A DNA stretch of 64,000 bases from Polyangiaceae bacterium (lineage in GTDB: Bacteria; Myxococcota_A; Polyangia; Polyangiales; Polyangiaceae): assembly GCA_044376115.1 (NCBI GenBank), contig JBILLK010000025.1, forward strand, positions 98,535 to 162,534, read 5' to 3'. Of this stretch, positions 27,936 through 38,143 are shown one piece after another. The notes beneath the pieces were generated by a model. The model worked only from the letters and a program-made list of their open reading frames with translations, did no database searches and was not told the DNA's origin. Each line of letters begins with the position of its first letter. The stretch's first letter is position 1. The position numbers were made by a program, and so were the translations under genes.

Positions 27936-30167
27936 TCAGTTGTCCGTGATCAGGGCGGCCGTCTCGACCGTGGCGCCGTCGATCTTGATGCTTACGCCGA
28001 GGATGGAAACGCTGGCTGGGGTGAGCACGATGGTGGAGGCTCCCATGACGAAGGTAAGCAGCGATTCAGCCTCGTAGGTGATGTTGTCGGCTTTGACGAT
28101 GGTGGCTCCTGCGGCCACCCAGGTCATGCTGCCGCCAGCCTCTTCGCTGCGATCCCCATCCACCAGGTTCACCTTCGCACCGCCGATGACCGTGGAGCTC
28201 GAGCCCTCGACCGCGCTCGAAATGCCACCCAAGCCGAGGATGACCTTCAACGCGCCGATGGTCTCATTGTGGTTGCCCGCCACTTCGGTCGAGTGCGTGG
28301 AGCCGGTAACGGCGACGCGCGCCGCCCCGACGTCCAAACTGGCGTTGGCGTCGGTGGTCTCGCTGACCTTGCCTACGACCAGATCTGCCTTCATTGAACC
28401 GACTTCGAGCGAAGAACTACCGGCGACGGTGTGCTTGTGATCGCCGCCCACCTTGAGGTCGCGGTTGCCACCGACCATCAACGTATGGTCCCCACCAATC
28501 TGCGCTACAGCCAGCGTTTCACTCGCGAGCTTCTCGTTACCGCCGACCGACTCGGTGTCTGAGCCGCCGATCGACGTAGTCAAGCTGTTGGTGATCTCCT
28601 CCAGCAAGTTCGACCCGATGGTGCGGGTCGCGTTGGCGCCGACGCTCTCGGTGGCGTTGTGTTTGACCGCCACGGTCATGTCTTTGGAGGCGTTGAAGAA
28701 CATCTCCTCGTTGCCCTTGGTGTCGTCGAAGCGCATCTCGTTGCTGGACCCACCACCGGGAGTGGTGGCCGTTTGCACGGCGGTGCGCGCCGCTGCTTGA
28801 GGCAGCGCGTAGGGCGGCATCGTCAGTTGGTTGTAGAGCCGGCTCATCACCAGCGGCAGATCTTGGTCGCCCTCGTCGTGTTGAACCAACACCTCCCAAC
28901 CAACGCGTGGGAGCAACATCGAGCCGCCGGTGGGAAGTTGGCAGGTTCGGATCGGCAAGCTCGACTTGTCGTCGTGCGCGCCTACCCGGTCCCACGGAAA
29001 CTGCGCGTTGACGCGCCCGTGTTCATCGACGTGAATTTCCTCACCAGCTGGGCCAGTGGTGAGCGCGGTTTGCGGGCCGTGCAGTAGAGCTGCGCGCGGC
29101 AGCCGTATCGGCCGATAATGCGAAACGTCGGGGTTCATTGCCTCAAAGCTGGTCTTCACCGAGCCGCCGCGGCCGCCGGTAGGTCCGCGGTCATCGCTGA
29201 ACTCGACCGTCACCTTGGTGGCTAACAGGGTGGTGTTGAACTCAGCGAAGGGATGCTGCTCAACGGTGAAGGTCCGGCCGGGGTAGAGGTTCAGCGCCGT
29301 CGTGTCGCCGCGCAGAAGCAACCTGCGTGCTTGCAGCGACTCGACGAGCACCTGCGCCGAATGCGCGATCACCGCGTCCTTCGTGCTGCGCGCCGGGTAT
29401 TGGTAGATCTCGAGCGCCTTTTCGCCGTCGTCGGTGCCCTCAGCGATCGACTCGAGCTTGAAGCGCGGGCGCTTGAAGTCGTATTGGCGCAGGTGGGTCT
29501 TGTCCGACTTCACCTCGTGGACGAGGGAGAGCTTCGACACCGTGGCGGCCTGCTGCCCGAAGCCGAACTCCGGGTAGTAGATGACGTTGGCCACCGCTGC
29601 ATCCCCGACGCCTTTGGCGTCATCGAAGAAGATCCATTCTTCCTGTTCGTGGTCGTAGGTGAACGCCACCCCTTCCTCCGACAGGATGCGCCGCAGAAAG
29701 TCGAAGTCGGTCTCGCGGTATTGCACCAAGTATTCACGCGGCTCGCGGCTGTCATTGAGCACGAAGCGCACGTCGCCAACGCCTGCGCGGTCGCAGACCT
29801 CCTTGACGACTTCCTCCAGCGAGAGCTTCTGGAAGGTGCGTAGATCCGAGCGTTTGGTAGTGCGGAACAGATCGGGGCAGACCTCCAAGAACAGCGAAGG
29901 ACGGGTGATGCCGAACAGCCTTCGCTCGGCCGAGACGACTCGCCCGTGGAAGCGGCGCGCTTCATCGAACGCTTCGATCGCGCCAAGGTGTAGCGATACC
30001 TCTTTGCCCAACAAGGCCGCCGGCCGCTGCAACGGCTTCTCGCGTGCAACGCGTAACCGCGCCCGAGGAATGGAGTCGAGGCCCTCCTCGATCTGCGCCG
30101 AGATCACGTCATAGGGTTCGCCATCGATCGAGACCGTGGCCTGGATACCGGTGATTTGATCGGCCAC
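27936..30167 (-). CDS. vgrG: T6SS spike protein VgrG
   Basis: QYRETDFDF..R...EEG, GPQTA, QFPWDR, PRVGWEV, NEMRFDD.KG.EE, gp5-like repeats. Confidence 0.95.
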   Translation of the reverse strand: MADQITGIQATVSIDGEPYDVISAQIEEGLDSIPRARLRVAREKPLQRPAALLGKEVSLHLGAIEAFDEARRFHGRVVSAERRLFGITRPSLFLEVCPDLFRTTKRSDLRTFQKLSLEEVVKEVCDRAGVGDVRFVLNDSREPREYLVQYRETDFDFLRRILSEEGVAFTYDHEQEEWIFFDDAKGVGDAAVANVIYYPEFGFGQQAATVSKLSLVHEVKSDKTHLRQYDFKRPRFKLESIAEGTDDGEKALEIYQYPARSTKDAVIAHSAQVLVESLQARRLLLRGDTTALNLYPGRTFTVEQHPFAEFNTTLLATKVTVEFSDDRGPTGGRGGSVKTSFEAMNPDVSHYRPIRLPRAALLHGPQTALTTGPAGEEIHVDEHGRVNAQFPWDRVGAHDDKSSLPIRTCQLPTGGSMLLPRVGWEVLVQHDEGDQDLPLVMSRLYNQLTMPPYALPQAAARTAVQTATTPGGGSSNEMRFDDTKGNEEMFFNASKDMTVAVKHNATESVGANATRTIGSNLLEEITNSLTTSIGGSDTESVGGNEKLASETLAVAQIGGDHTLMVGGNRDLKVGGDHKHTVAGSSSLEVGSMKADLVVGKVSETTDANASLDVGAARVAVTGSTHSTEVAGNHNETIGALKVILGLGGISSAVEGSSSTVIGGAKVNLVDGDRSEEAGGSMTWVAAGATIVKADNITYEAESLLTFVMGASTIVLTPASVSILGVSIKIDGATVETAALITDN

Positions 30168-30168
30168 T

Positions 30169-32430
30169 TCAGCCCCCTCCCAACTTCAGCGACGAACCAA
30201 ATTTGACGAAGATCGCCGCTTCGACCGCGATCTTCGAACCCTTGAGCAGGATCGGTCCACCGCCGAGCTTCAACTCCGAGGAGCCACCTTTGAGTGTCCC
30301 GGTCGCCCCCATCACTGTGATCATCGGTGCGCTGATCGTGTAATCCCCATCCACCTTGGAATAGTGCACCGCGCCGACCATGTTGCTCACGTCGGCCTCG
30401 CTGCTCGACGCGTAGTTGCCCTTCGCGATGCGAATCTCGCCGGCTGCCAAGGTCGCATTCAGGCTGCCGGTGATGGTTTCCCCGAAGCTGCCTTTACAAA
30501 TGTCGACCTTGGCAACCGCCACGTTTTCAGTGTGGTTGCCGCCGATGGCTTGGCTCTGCGCCGCGACCGAGGCCGTGAGCATGACCGCCCCGACCGAGCG
30601 AGAGATGTCGCTGGTGATCGAGTGCTTGATGCTATTGCAGATCAGCGTCATCGACCCGCCGACCGCGTAGGAGCGGTCCCCATCGACCTTCTCGACCATG
30701 TTGCTGATCGAGTTGTCCACCGCGTTACCGCCGACGCTCTCACTGAGGTTGCCGCCTACATTGGAGGTGCTCATCGAGCCAACGTTGAGCTCGCGGTTCC
30801 CCCCGACGGTGAAGCTGCGATTGCCTGCGACGCTGTGGGAAGCATTCACTTTGACGACCGACTTCTCGTCCACGCCAACGCTCTCGTTTTGGTCGTTGTT
30901 GACGACGACGTTGAGGTCTTTCTCGGCGCTCAAACTGAAGCCTTGGCCACCGCCGGAGTCGCCGAATTTGATCTCGTTCATCCCGGCGCCGCCGGGCGAA
31001 CTTTGACCGCGAATCGAGCCCGCTGTCTTGGCTCCAGGCAGGGCGTAAGGCGGGGTTCGCTCGGCGTTGTAGAGCCGACCGACCACATACGGCCGGTCTG
31101 GATCGCCGTCGTGAAAGCCCACCGCGACCTCCCAGCCGACCCGCGGGACGATGAACTGGCCGCCGAGGTTCGCCTGCATCACGCGCAGCCAACAGGAGGA
31201 TTTGTCGTCGAACTGGCCGACCCGGTCCCAATGGAAGCGAACCTTCACCCGACCGTACTTCTCGGTGTGGATCTCTTCTTCGCCCATCGATGGGCCCGTC
31301 ACCACGGCGGTCTGAATACCGAGGATGCGCGGCTTCTTGGTCTTGCGCGGCGGGGCGAAGTGGGCGCCTTCCGGCATGGCGGTAAAGCCGCTGCTCACCG
31401 AGTGTTTGCGTTCTTCTCCAGCGCCGATGCCGGCGACGCCACCGCCTTCTCCGGTCTGACTCTGGCGGCCCTCCGATACGTGCTCCATGATCACGAAGGT
31501 GCGGTTGATCACCTCCTGAGCTGCACCCACCACCATGATCATTTTCCCAACCTCGAGGTTGGAGGCGATGGTGCTGCCGCGCAGCTGCTCGAAGCCAGTG
31601 CGCAGCTCGCGCAAACGAGCGTTGACCCGGCGCGTGCCGTCTTGCTGCGTGATGAAGCCACCGGGAAATTCGTAGACTGGCATCGGGTACGTAGAGGGCG
31701 CGGATTGCGCCGCCTCAGGGAACTGCTCTGGCTTCTCGAAGTCGAAGTCACGCAGTTGCACGTCGCTCGTCATCAGGCGGGTGGTTAGCTCGAGCCCAGT
31801 GACTGGATCGGTGCCGGCTTGGCCTGCTGCCGCGCTCAAAACGGTGGGCGTCGCCAACTCCTCCACCAGCGCGGTGGTCGAGTCCGCCAGCACCATCGTC
31901 GCTTCGCCACCTTCGTGGTTGAAGAAGTAGAAGACGCCCTCTTCCTCCAACAGGCGATGCACGAAGTCGAGCTCGGCCTCGCGATATTGCATGATGATTT
32001 CGCGCTTGGGATAGTCGATGGTGAGGCGCCACTCGACCTTGTCGATACCGGCCGCAGCGAACACCTCCTTGACCACGTCGATCGCGCTCTTGTCTTGATA
32101 AATGCGGCAATCTTCGCGGTGCGCGAGCGAGGCAACCGGCGGCACGAGACGCGCTGCGAAGATGAAGGAGACGCCGTCGTGGTGCACGAATTCACAACGG
32201 TCCACCACCCCCGAAAGCGACCGTTGGCGTCCGCGCTCGGCGTCTATCACCTGCAGCGTGAGCGAGTTGCGCAGCAAGCTCTTGGGGCTGAACTCAGGGT
32301 CCTTGGTGCTGAAAGCGACGCGCGCCTCGTAGGGCTCGGAGAGCGCCTCACGTAGCTGGTATTGGAAGGCGACGGCATCGGGCGGAAGGTTCTCCCCGAC
32401 GAGGTGAAACTCGACCTTCGTTTCGGACAT
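30169..32430 (-). CDS. vgrG: T6SS spike protein VgrG
   Basis: QYRE..LDFVHRLLEEEG, GIQTAVVTGP, GRVKVRFHWDR, PRVGWEV.V.F.DGDPDRP. Confidence 0.95.
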   Translation of the reverse strand: MSETKVEFHLVGENLPPDAVAFQYQLREALSEPYEARVAFSTKDPEFSPKSLLRNSLTLQVIDAERGRQRSLSGVVDRCEFVHHDGVSFIFAARLVPPVASLAHREDCRIYQDKSAIDVVKEVFAAAGIDKVEWRLTIDYPKREIIMQYREAELDFVHRLLEEEGVFYFFNHEGGEATMVLADSTTALVEELATPTVLSAAAGQAGTDPVTGLELTTRLMTSDVQLRDFDFEKPEQFPEAAQSAPSTYPMPVYEFPGGFITQQDGTRRVNARLRELRTGFEQLRGSTIASNLEVGKMIMVVGAAQEVINRTFVIMEHVSEGRQSQTGEGGGVAGIGAGEERKHSVSSGFTAMPEGAHFAPPRKTKKPRILGIQTAVVTGPSMGEEEIHTEKYGRVKVRFHWDRVGQFDDKSSCWLRVMQANLGGQFIVPRVGWEVAVGFHDGDPDRPYVVGRLYNAERTPPYALPGAKTAGSIRGQSSPGGAGMNEIKFGDSGGGQGFSLSAEKDLNVVVNNDQNESVGVDEKSVVKVNASHSVAGNRSFTVGGNRELNVGSMSTSNVGGNLSESVGGNAVDNSISNMVEKVDGDRSYAVGGSMTLICNSIKHSITSDISRSVGAVMLTASVAAQSQAIGGNHTENVAVAKVDICKGSFGETITGSLNATLAAGEIRIAKGNYASSSEADVSNMVGAVHYSKVDGDYTISAPMITVMGATGTLKGGSSELKLGGGPILLKGSKIAVEAAIFVKFGSSLKLGGG

Positions 32431-32516
32431 GCGGCGAGTCTAGCAGCGGGCCCGTCGCAGCAGGCGAGCTGAATCGGTGCGAAAGAACGAGGCGGAGCGA
32501 GCGAGCTAGGGTCGAC

Positions 32517-34172
32517 TCAGCGGATCCGTTGTCGGATGTAGCCGCGGTAGCGCTGCACGATTCCTAAGTACCGCTGCCGTACGTCGTCGTTGCTTTGGAA
32601 CTCGGTGGTCCAACGCATCGACTCTTCGTGATGCTCGCTCTCGCTCACGCCATAACGCGCGCGAATGGCCTCCACTTCATGCGGAGCTTCCGCGATCTCG
32701 GCGGTGAGGGAGGCGAAGACGTTGATGGTGAAGCGCTTCTTGTGCGGCGCAGCTTCCGGCGTGGAAGGCGGCGTCGGGCTCGTCGTGGAGTGGACTTGTG
32801 CTTGTTGTGCTGAAGACTGCTGCGGAGCAGCTTGTTGCGGAGCAGCTTGTTGCGGAGCAGCTTGTTGCGGAGCAGCTTGTTGGGCGCTACCGCCCAATTG
32901 GCCTGCAAAGGGCAGCGCTTCCTTGAGGTGCGCCGGGATCGAATTGAAGTCGAAGGCCTGCGTCTTTGGGCTCTCGTGTCTGCCGCTGGACGGCGCGTCT
33001 GTGGTGGGTGCAGGGCGCACGGCTGCGAAGGAGGCCGAACTCGGTGGACGCGCACCACCCTCCTGAGAGCGGAACGGCATCGCTTCTTGCGCCCGACGCA
33101 TGACCTCGGGATCCACGGTGCCGGTGCGTCCGAAGGCAGGGTTGTAGCCCGGCCTCGCCTTGTCCATCGCTTTGTAGAGGTCCTGCGCCATCCTCCGAGC
33201 GTCCTCGGGCATCGGTGCGGTACCAGAGCCGCCGCCGTCGCTTTGGGGTTCATCCACGACGCGGAACGGCGTTGAAGGGGGACCTGCGTGGCTTCCACCG
33301 GGTGCAGTCTGGCCTGGCTTCGTAGCGCCAGCGGTGAACGGCATGCTGGCGCGTTCCGCCTCGAGACTGCCGAGCTGGGTTTGACCTGGGTGCTTGGCCT
33401 CGCTCGGAGGGGGCGCCGTCCCAGGCTCGAAGCGCGGTGGCTCGGTGACTGCCGGCATCGCCGACTCGCTTGGGCGCTTGATGAACGGCGTCGCCGACTT
33501 CGCCGCGGCCGCCTCGAGGTCGGCCCGGTCGATGTTCATGGTCATGTTCGCGCGCCGCCGCCGAGCCAGCCCTTCCGCTTCCGCGTCGGTTGCTTGGTGG
33601 ATGGCGACGAACTCGGGCTTCGCGGGGGCCACCGCGATCGCTGGCGGTGGGGCAGGCAGCGTCCCGGTCCCGGTAGTCACCGGAGGCGGCGCATGAACGG
33701 CAGGCGCGGGCGCTGCCGCCGGGCGGGCGCCTTGTCGCAGAAAGCTGGGCAAGCCGCTGTTCGGCTCAGGTGCTCGCGTCCGCTCGATGGGAGGAGGGGA
33801 AGGGAAGGCCGTAGCCGGAACTTGCACGCCGATGGGCTGCGCGAGCGCTTGGCTCATCATTGACATCACCGCGACCGGCGGAGCTGCCACGGGCGGGCGG
33901 CCTGCCTTTTCGCGTTCGCGCGCGGCCCGATTCTCGAACAATTTGCGCTTGATGCTGTAGACCGTCTGATAACGAATCGTCGTCTCAAAGCGCTTTCGTT
34001 CGGCTTCTTCGGCCATGCGCTTGAGCCAATAAGCGTGAGCCGCGAGCCAGCGTTCGGTCGGGACCTCGGCCTGGGTCAGCACCGCGTCCTGTGCGTTGCC
34101 TGCCTCGATCTCGGCTTGGAGCGTCGCATAGCGATCGAGTGCGAGGGGCGGGGATTCCGAAGCCGAGGCCAC
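32517..34172 (-). CDS. Pro/Ala-rich protein with terminal helical repeat domains, first gene of the vgrG cassette
   Basis: N-terminal LDRYATLQAEI...W and C-terminal INVFASLTAEI...RYGV...W domains joined by a disordered linker with recurring (T/M/L)PF motifs. Confidence 0.75.
   Translation of the reverse strand: MASASESPPLALDRYATLQAEIEAGNAQDAVLTQAEVPTERWLAAHAYWLKRMAEEAERKRFETTIRYQTVYSIKRKLFENRAAREREKAGRPPVAAPPVAVMSMMSQALAQPIGVQVPATAFPSPPPIERTRAPEPNSGLPSFLRQGARPAAAPAPAVHAPPPVTTGTGTLPAPPPAIAVAPAKPEFVAIHQATDAEAEGLARRRRANMTMNIDRADLEAAAAKSATPFIKRPSESAMPAVTEPPRFEPGTAPPPSEAKHPGQTQLGSLEAERASMPFTAGATKPGQTAPGGSHAGPPSTPFRVVDEPQSDGGGSGTAPMPEDARRMAQDLYKAMDKARPGYNPAFGRTGTVDPEVMRRAQEAMPFRSQEGGARPPSSASFAAVRPAPTTDAPSSGRHESPKTQAFDFNSIPAHLKEALPFAGQLGGSAQQAAPQQAAPQQAAPQQAAPQQSSAQQAQVHSTTSPTPPSTPEAAPHKKRFTINVFASLTAEIAEAPHEVEAIRARYGVSESEHHEESMRWTTEFQSNDDVRQRYLGIVQRYRGYIRQRIR
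32821..32882. repeat. perfect 15-bp coding VNTR x4 (QQAAP)
   Basis: TGCGGAGCAGCTTGT repeated four times. Confidence 0.95.
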
Positions 34173-34248
34173 GCCGGAACCGTACCACGTTGCTCCCGGT
34201 CCTCGTCGATAGCTTGATCAAACCATCCCGAGCGCTAGGCTTCGCTCC

Positions 34249-34809
34249 ATGGCCCGCCCCAGTATCCAGCTCGTGCTTGCGCTTCGTGAGACAGCTCTGC
34301 GCCTGAGCGCGCCGAGCGTCCGCTATGAGTGGTCCCACTTCGGTCACTGCAATTGCGGACATCTCGCTCAAACCTTGACCGGGCTTTCGCCCAAGCTGAT
34401 TTACGACGCCGCGTTCCAGCGTTCGGGAGACTGGGGTGAGCAGGTCAAGGAGCTCGCCCACGCGGATCTCGGAGACCGCCCGGCGCTCGATGAAGGCGCG
34501 CTCGAGCCCGCGTATGAAGAGCTTTGTAGCGCCACTGGCTCCCCGCTCAGCGGCATCTTCGCGATCATGCGCCAGGCTGGCCTATCAGCGGTGGACATCG
34601 GTCATTTGGAGGACCTTTCGGACGGCGACGTGCTGCGCCGGATGGGAAAAAGCCAGACCGGCCTCGAGCGCAATCAGCGCGAGAACGTGATCGCCTATCT
34701 GGAAGCCTGGGCCGATCACCTGACCAGCAAGCTGACGCGCGACGAACTCCGCAAGCTGCAGGAGTGGTCCGGCGATCAGGCTTCGCCCTTGCTGCTCGCG
34801 GCCGAGTAG
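34249..34809 (+). CDS. conserved hypothetical protein with CNCGHL motif
   Basis: ALRETA..L....YEWSHFGHCNCGHLAQ; clean 186-aa ORF. Confidence 0.75.
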   Translation: MARPSIQLVLALRETALRLSAPSVRYEWSHFGHCNCGHLAQTLTGLSPKLIYDAAFQRSGDWGEQVKELAHADLGDRPALDEGALEPAYEELCSATGSPLSGIFAIMRQAGLSAVDIGHLEDLSDGDVLRRMGKSQTGLERNQRENVIAYLEAWADHLTSKLTRDELRKLQEWSGDQASPLLLAAE

Positions 34810-34888
34810 AGCCGCGCCGCTGGCGGTTACTGGGCCGCGCGTTCGTTTCTCTTCCTCAACCTTCGTGCGAGTGCGCTAAGTACGCTCA

Positions 34889-36331
34889 ATGGCGCACTCG
34901 TACGATTTTGACCTTTTCGTGATTGGCGCGGGCTCGGCCGGAGTTCGCGCGAGCCGCATGGCGGCGAGCTTCGGCGCCAAGGTGGGTGTGGCCGAGTTTC
35001 AGGCTCTGGGCGGCACCTGCGTCAACGTCGGTTGCGTCCCCAAGAAGCTGATGGTGATCGGCTCGCACTTCTCCGAGGAGTGGCAGGACGCCAAGGGCTA
35101 CGGATTTTCGGTCGAGCCGCCGACCTTCGATTGGAGCGTGCTGATCGCCAACAAGGATCGCGAGATCGCACGGCTCAACCGCGTCTATCAGAGCCTGCTC
35201 GAGGGCCGTGGGGTGAAGATCGAGCGCGGCCGCGCCAAGCTTGTTGGCCTGCACGAGGTAGAGGTCACCTCAGCCGACGGTGAAACCAAGCGCCACAGCG
35301 CGGAGACGCTGCTCGTCGCTGTTGGCGGCAAGCCGTCACGGCTGCAGATCCCAGGGGCCGAGCACGTGCTCATCTCCGATGACGTCTTCCACCTGAAGGA
35401 GCTACCGCGGCGGATCCTGATCGTCGGCGGGGGCTATATCGCGGTGGAGTTTGCCGGCGTGTTCCACGGTCTGGGCGCACACGTTACGCAGATCTACAGG
35501 GGTGCGTTGTTCTTGCGCGGCTTCGATCGAGACGTGCGCGTCCACCTCGATCAGGAGATGCGGCAGCGTGGTATCGATTTGCGCTTTCACCGCGATCTCG
35601 CGAGCGTCGAGAAGCTGCCTTCGGGCGAGCTGCGCGCCGTACTGAGCGACGGCAGCGAACTCATGGTGGACGCAATCCTCGCCGCGGTCGGGCGAGAGCC
35701 CAACACCAAGGAGCTCGGCCTCGAACAGCTTGGCGTTCAGGTAGACCGTCGGGGGGCGATCGCCGTGAACGACAGCTTCCGAACCTCGATTCCGTCGGTG
35801 TACGCGGTCGGCGACGTGATCGACCGCATCCAGCTAACGCCGGTGGCGCTGGCCGAGGGCATGATCGTCGCGCGCAATCTGTACGGAGGTGCCAAGGCCA
35901 AGCCGGACTACGAGTTCGTTCCTTCGGCGGTGTTCTCGCAACCGTCGGTCGCGACGGTGGGATTGACGGAGGAGGAGGCCCGCGCGTCCTTCGCCGTGGA
36001 CATCTACAAATCCAGCTTCACGCCGATGAAGCAGAGCATGACCGAGCGCAAAGAGAAGATGTTGATGAAGCTCGTTGTCGAACGAGCGAGCGACCGCGTG
36101 GTCGGCGTTCACGTGGTCGGGCCGGAGGCAGCGGAGATCGTCCAAGGCTTCGCAGTCGCCTTGAAATGCGGCGCGAAGAAGTCCGACTTCGACGGCACGA
36201 TCGGCATTCACCCCACCGCAGCAGAGGAGCTGGTGACGATGCGGGAACGTTGCCCCGACCCCGACGTCAGCCAGACGGTCCTGCACGAGGAACCGACCCC
36301 GCGGCGGGTGATCCGCCACCACGAATTCTGA
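34889..36331 (+). CDS. gor: glutathione-disulfide reductase
   Basis: GAGSAG, GGTCVNVGCVPKK, GGGYIAVEFA, LTPVA, IGIHPT.AEE. Confidence 0.95.
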   Translation: MAHSYDFDLFVIGAGSAGVRASRMAASFGAKVGVAEFQALGGTCVNVGCVPKKLMVIGSHFSEEWQDAKGYGFSVEPPTFDWSVLIANKDREIARLNRVYQSLLEGRGVKIERGRAKLVGLHEVEVTSADGETKRHSAETLLVAVGGKPSRLQIPGAEHVLISDDVFHLKELPRRILIVGGGYIAVEFAGVFHGLGAHVTQIYRGALFLRGFDRDVRVHLDQEMRQRGIDLRFHRDLASVEKLPSGELRAVLSDGSELMVDAILAAVGREPNTKELGLEQLGVQVDRRGAIAVNDSFRTSIPSVYAVGDVIDRIQLTPVALAEGMIVARNLYGGAKAKPDYEFVPSAVFSQPSVATVGLTEEEARASFAVDIYKSSFTPMKQSMTERKEKMLMKLVVERASDRVVGVHVVGPEAAEIVQGFAVALKCGAKKSDFDGTIGIHPTAAEELVTMRERCPDPDVSQTVLHEEPTPRRVIRHHEF

Positions 36332-36334
36332 CGC

Positions 36335-37888
36335 TCAGCGCCGCGAGCTGACCGCGTCGTCCAAGCCGAAAAATCGCTGAATGCGCGAAAGTAGCTGCGT
36401 CTTGCGCTCGACCACGCGGGCGCTGCGCGCTGCCGCGTCCAAATGCTCGCGCGCATCCTCCAGCGCAACTTGGCGTTCGGCGAAGGCTTCGGAGATGAGC
36501 GCGGCTAGCTCAGGACGGTTCTCCAGCGTGCTGCGGAAGGTCATCTTGTCGAGGCGATAGGTCTCCACATCGGTGGTGGCGACGACGGTCGCCCCGCGTG
36601 GCTCGCCGGTCATCAGTCCACGCTCGCCGAAGAAGCCTGGCGCTTCGATCGTGGCGATCGTCTTGTCCTCGCCGTTGGACGAAACCCTTACCTCCACCGT
36701 GCCCTCGGCGACGATGTAAAGGTGATGTGCGATCGCCCCTTGCAGCGTCAACACCTCTCCTTCGGCGAAAGGAGCGTAGTGCAGTTGGTCGCACAGCTCC
36801 CCCAGTTCCTGTTCGTTGAGCGAGCGTAAGAATTCGACAGCACGCATCGCCTTCATGCGCTTGTCGTGCTCGCGCTTGCGCTTGCGTTCACGGCGCTCTT
36901 CGTTGTCGTTCTCGACCCAAAGCTGCGCAGCCGGTACGGCCAGGGGGATGTTGGCGCGCTTGAGCGCGGAGAAAATGCGCTCGCGCACGAGGCTGTTGGT
37001 CGGATCATCGCGCGCCAAGTCAGTGAGCCAATAGCGCACAGCGTAGAGCGCAAAGCTGTCTTTGTGGTCGCGCGCAAAGTCCAAGCACACGCAGTTGGCC
37101 TTCGGGGTTTCGGCCACACCTGGGATCTTCGCCCGCAATAAAGCGGCTTCCACGGTGTCGATTACGTCGGAGGGGTTGAAGCGGAAGTCCACGTTGAAGT
37201 GCACCCAATAGCGGTGCTGCAGCGGCTCGTTCTCACGCTTCCCCAAGATCAAGATCTGCGCCTGAAGCAGCGCTGCGTTGGGGACGATCAGCGTGCCCCA
37301 GTCGCGCGTTTCGAGCACGGTGTGTCGCCAACGGATCTGCCGCACGCGGCCCTGACGGCCGTTCTCCAACTGGATCCAATCCCCGACCGTGATCGAGTTG
37401 TCGATCTGCAGGGCGAGCCCGCCGATCACGTTGCCCAGCGTGGCTTGTAGACTGAGCGCCAAGATACCGCCCACCACCGCAGAGGTGGTGAGGATGCCGC
37501 CAAGATCGAGCCCGGCGCGCTTCATGCCGATGAACGTCGCCACGATGTACAAGGCGGCGGCCGCGAGGTCGGAGACGATGCTCGCGACGGTCACGCGCAG
37601 GCGGGGTAGGGCGACGTGGAACACGAACATGGTGGTGGCGGCGGCCCAGCCGTAGAGGCCGAGCACGTCGGCTATCGAGCGGGTGAGCGCGACGCCTCCG
37701 AGCCCACCCAAGTCGAGGCCAAAGGCGACGCCCAACCCCACGAGATGGGCGCTCACCAAAAAGACCAAGTGCCGCAAATAGCGGCGTTTGTCGCTGGCGA
37801 AGCGATTCACCACCAGCGCCAGTACCACTAGGGTGACCAGCAACAGCCCCGTGTTCCAAGCGATCGGAAAATGCGTATCGGCGCTCAA
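36335..37888 (-). CDS. MscS-family mechanosensitive channel with C-terminal cNMP-binding domain
   Basis: LQATLGN..GG, VGDWI, WRHT, VPN; FFGE.GLMTGEPRGATV. Confidence 0.92.
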   Translation of the reverse strand: MSADTHFPIAWNTGLLLVTLVVLALVVNRFASDKRRYLRHLVFLVSAHLVGLGVAFGLDLGGLGGVALTRSIADVLGLYGWAAATTMFVFHVALPRLRVTVASIVSDLAAAALYIVATFIGMKRAGLDLGGILTTSAVVGGILALSLQATLGNVIGGLALQIDNSITVGDWIQLENGRQGRVRQIRWRHTVLETRDWGTLIVPNAALLQAQILILGKRENEPLQHRYWVHFNVDFRFNPSDVIDTVEAALLRAKIPGVAETPKANCVCLDFARDHKDSFALYAVRYWLTDLARDDPTNSLVRERIFSALKRANIPLAVPAAQLWVENDNEERRERKRKREHDKRMKAMRAVEFLRSLNEQELGELCDQLHYAPFAEGEVLTLQGAIAHHLYIVAEGTVEVRVSSNGEDKTIATIEAPGFFGERGLMTGEPRGATVVATTDVETYRLDKMTFRSTLENRPELAALISEAFAERQVALEDAREHLDAAARSARVVERKTQLLSRIQRFFGLDDAVSSRR

Positions 37889-37942
37889 GCGGCCCAGGTT
37901 ACCCGAATGAGGTCAAAAGAATCGCCTCGTCCGGCATCGGCA

Positions 37943-38127
37943 GCGGTCGCCGCGAACAGAGCTCTGTCGCGGGAGGCCGCACGAGTCATTCAACCGAAGG
38001 TGGATGCAGCGAACAGAACCGGAGTGGACAGAGTCCACGAAGTGGACGGAGTCCACGGAGGTCTACGGAGTGCCGAAGGCACGAAGTGAATGACTCGGGC
38101 CCTCTTCGAGAAATCCGGCCGAAGGCC
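37943..38127. repeat. palindrome-rich intergenic element (11-bp terminal inverted repeats, GAA-loop mini-hairpins)
   Basis: CGAGTCATTCA 37982-37992 and TGAATGACTCG 38087-38097; internal GTCCAC-GAA-GTGGAC and GTGCC-GAA-GGCAC; flanking ACAGAGCTCTGT and GGCC-GAA-GGCC. Confidence 0.7.
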
Positions 38128-38143
38128 CCTTGGACCCGTCGAC

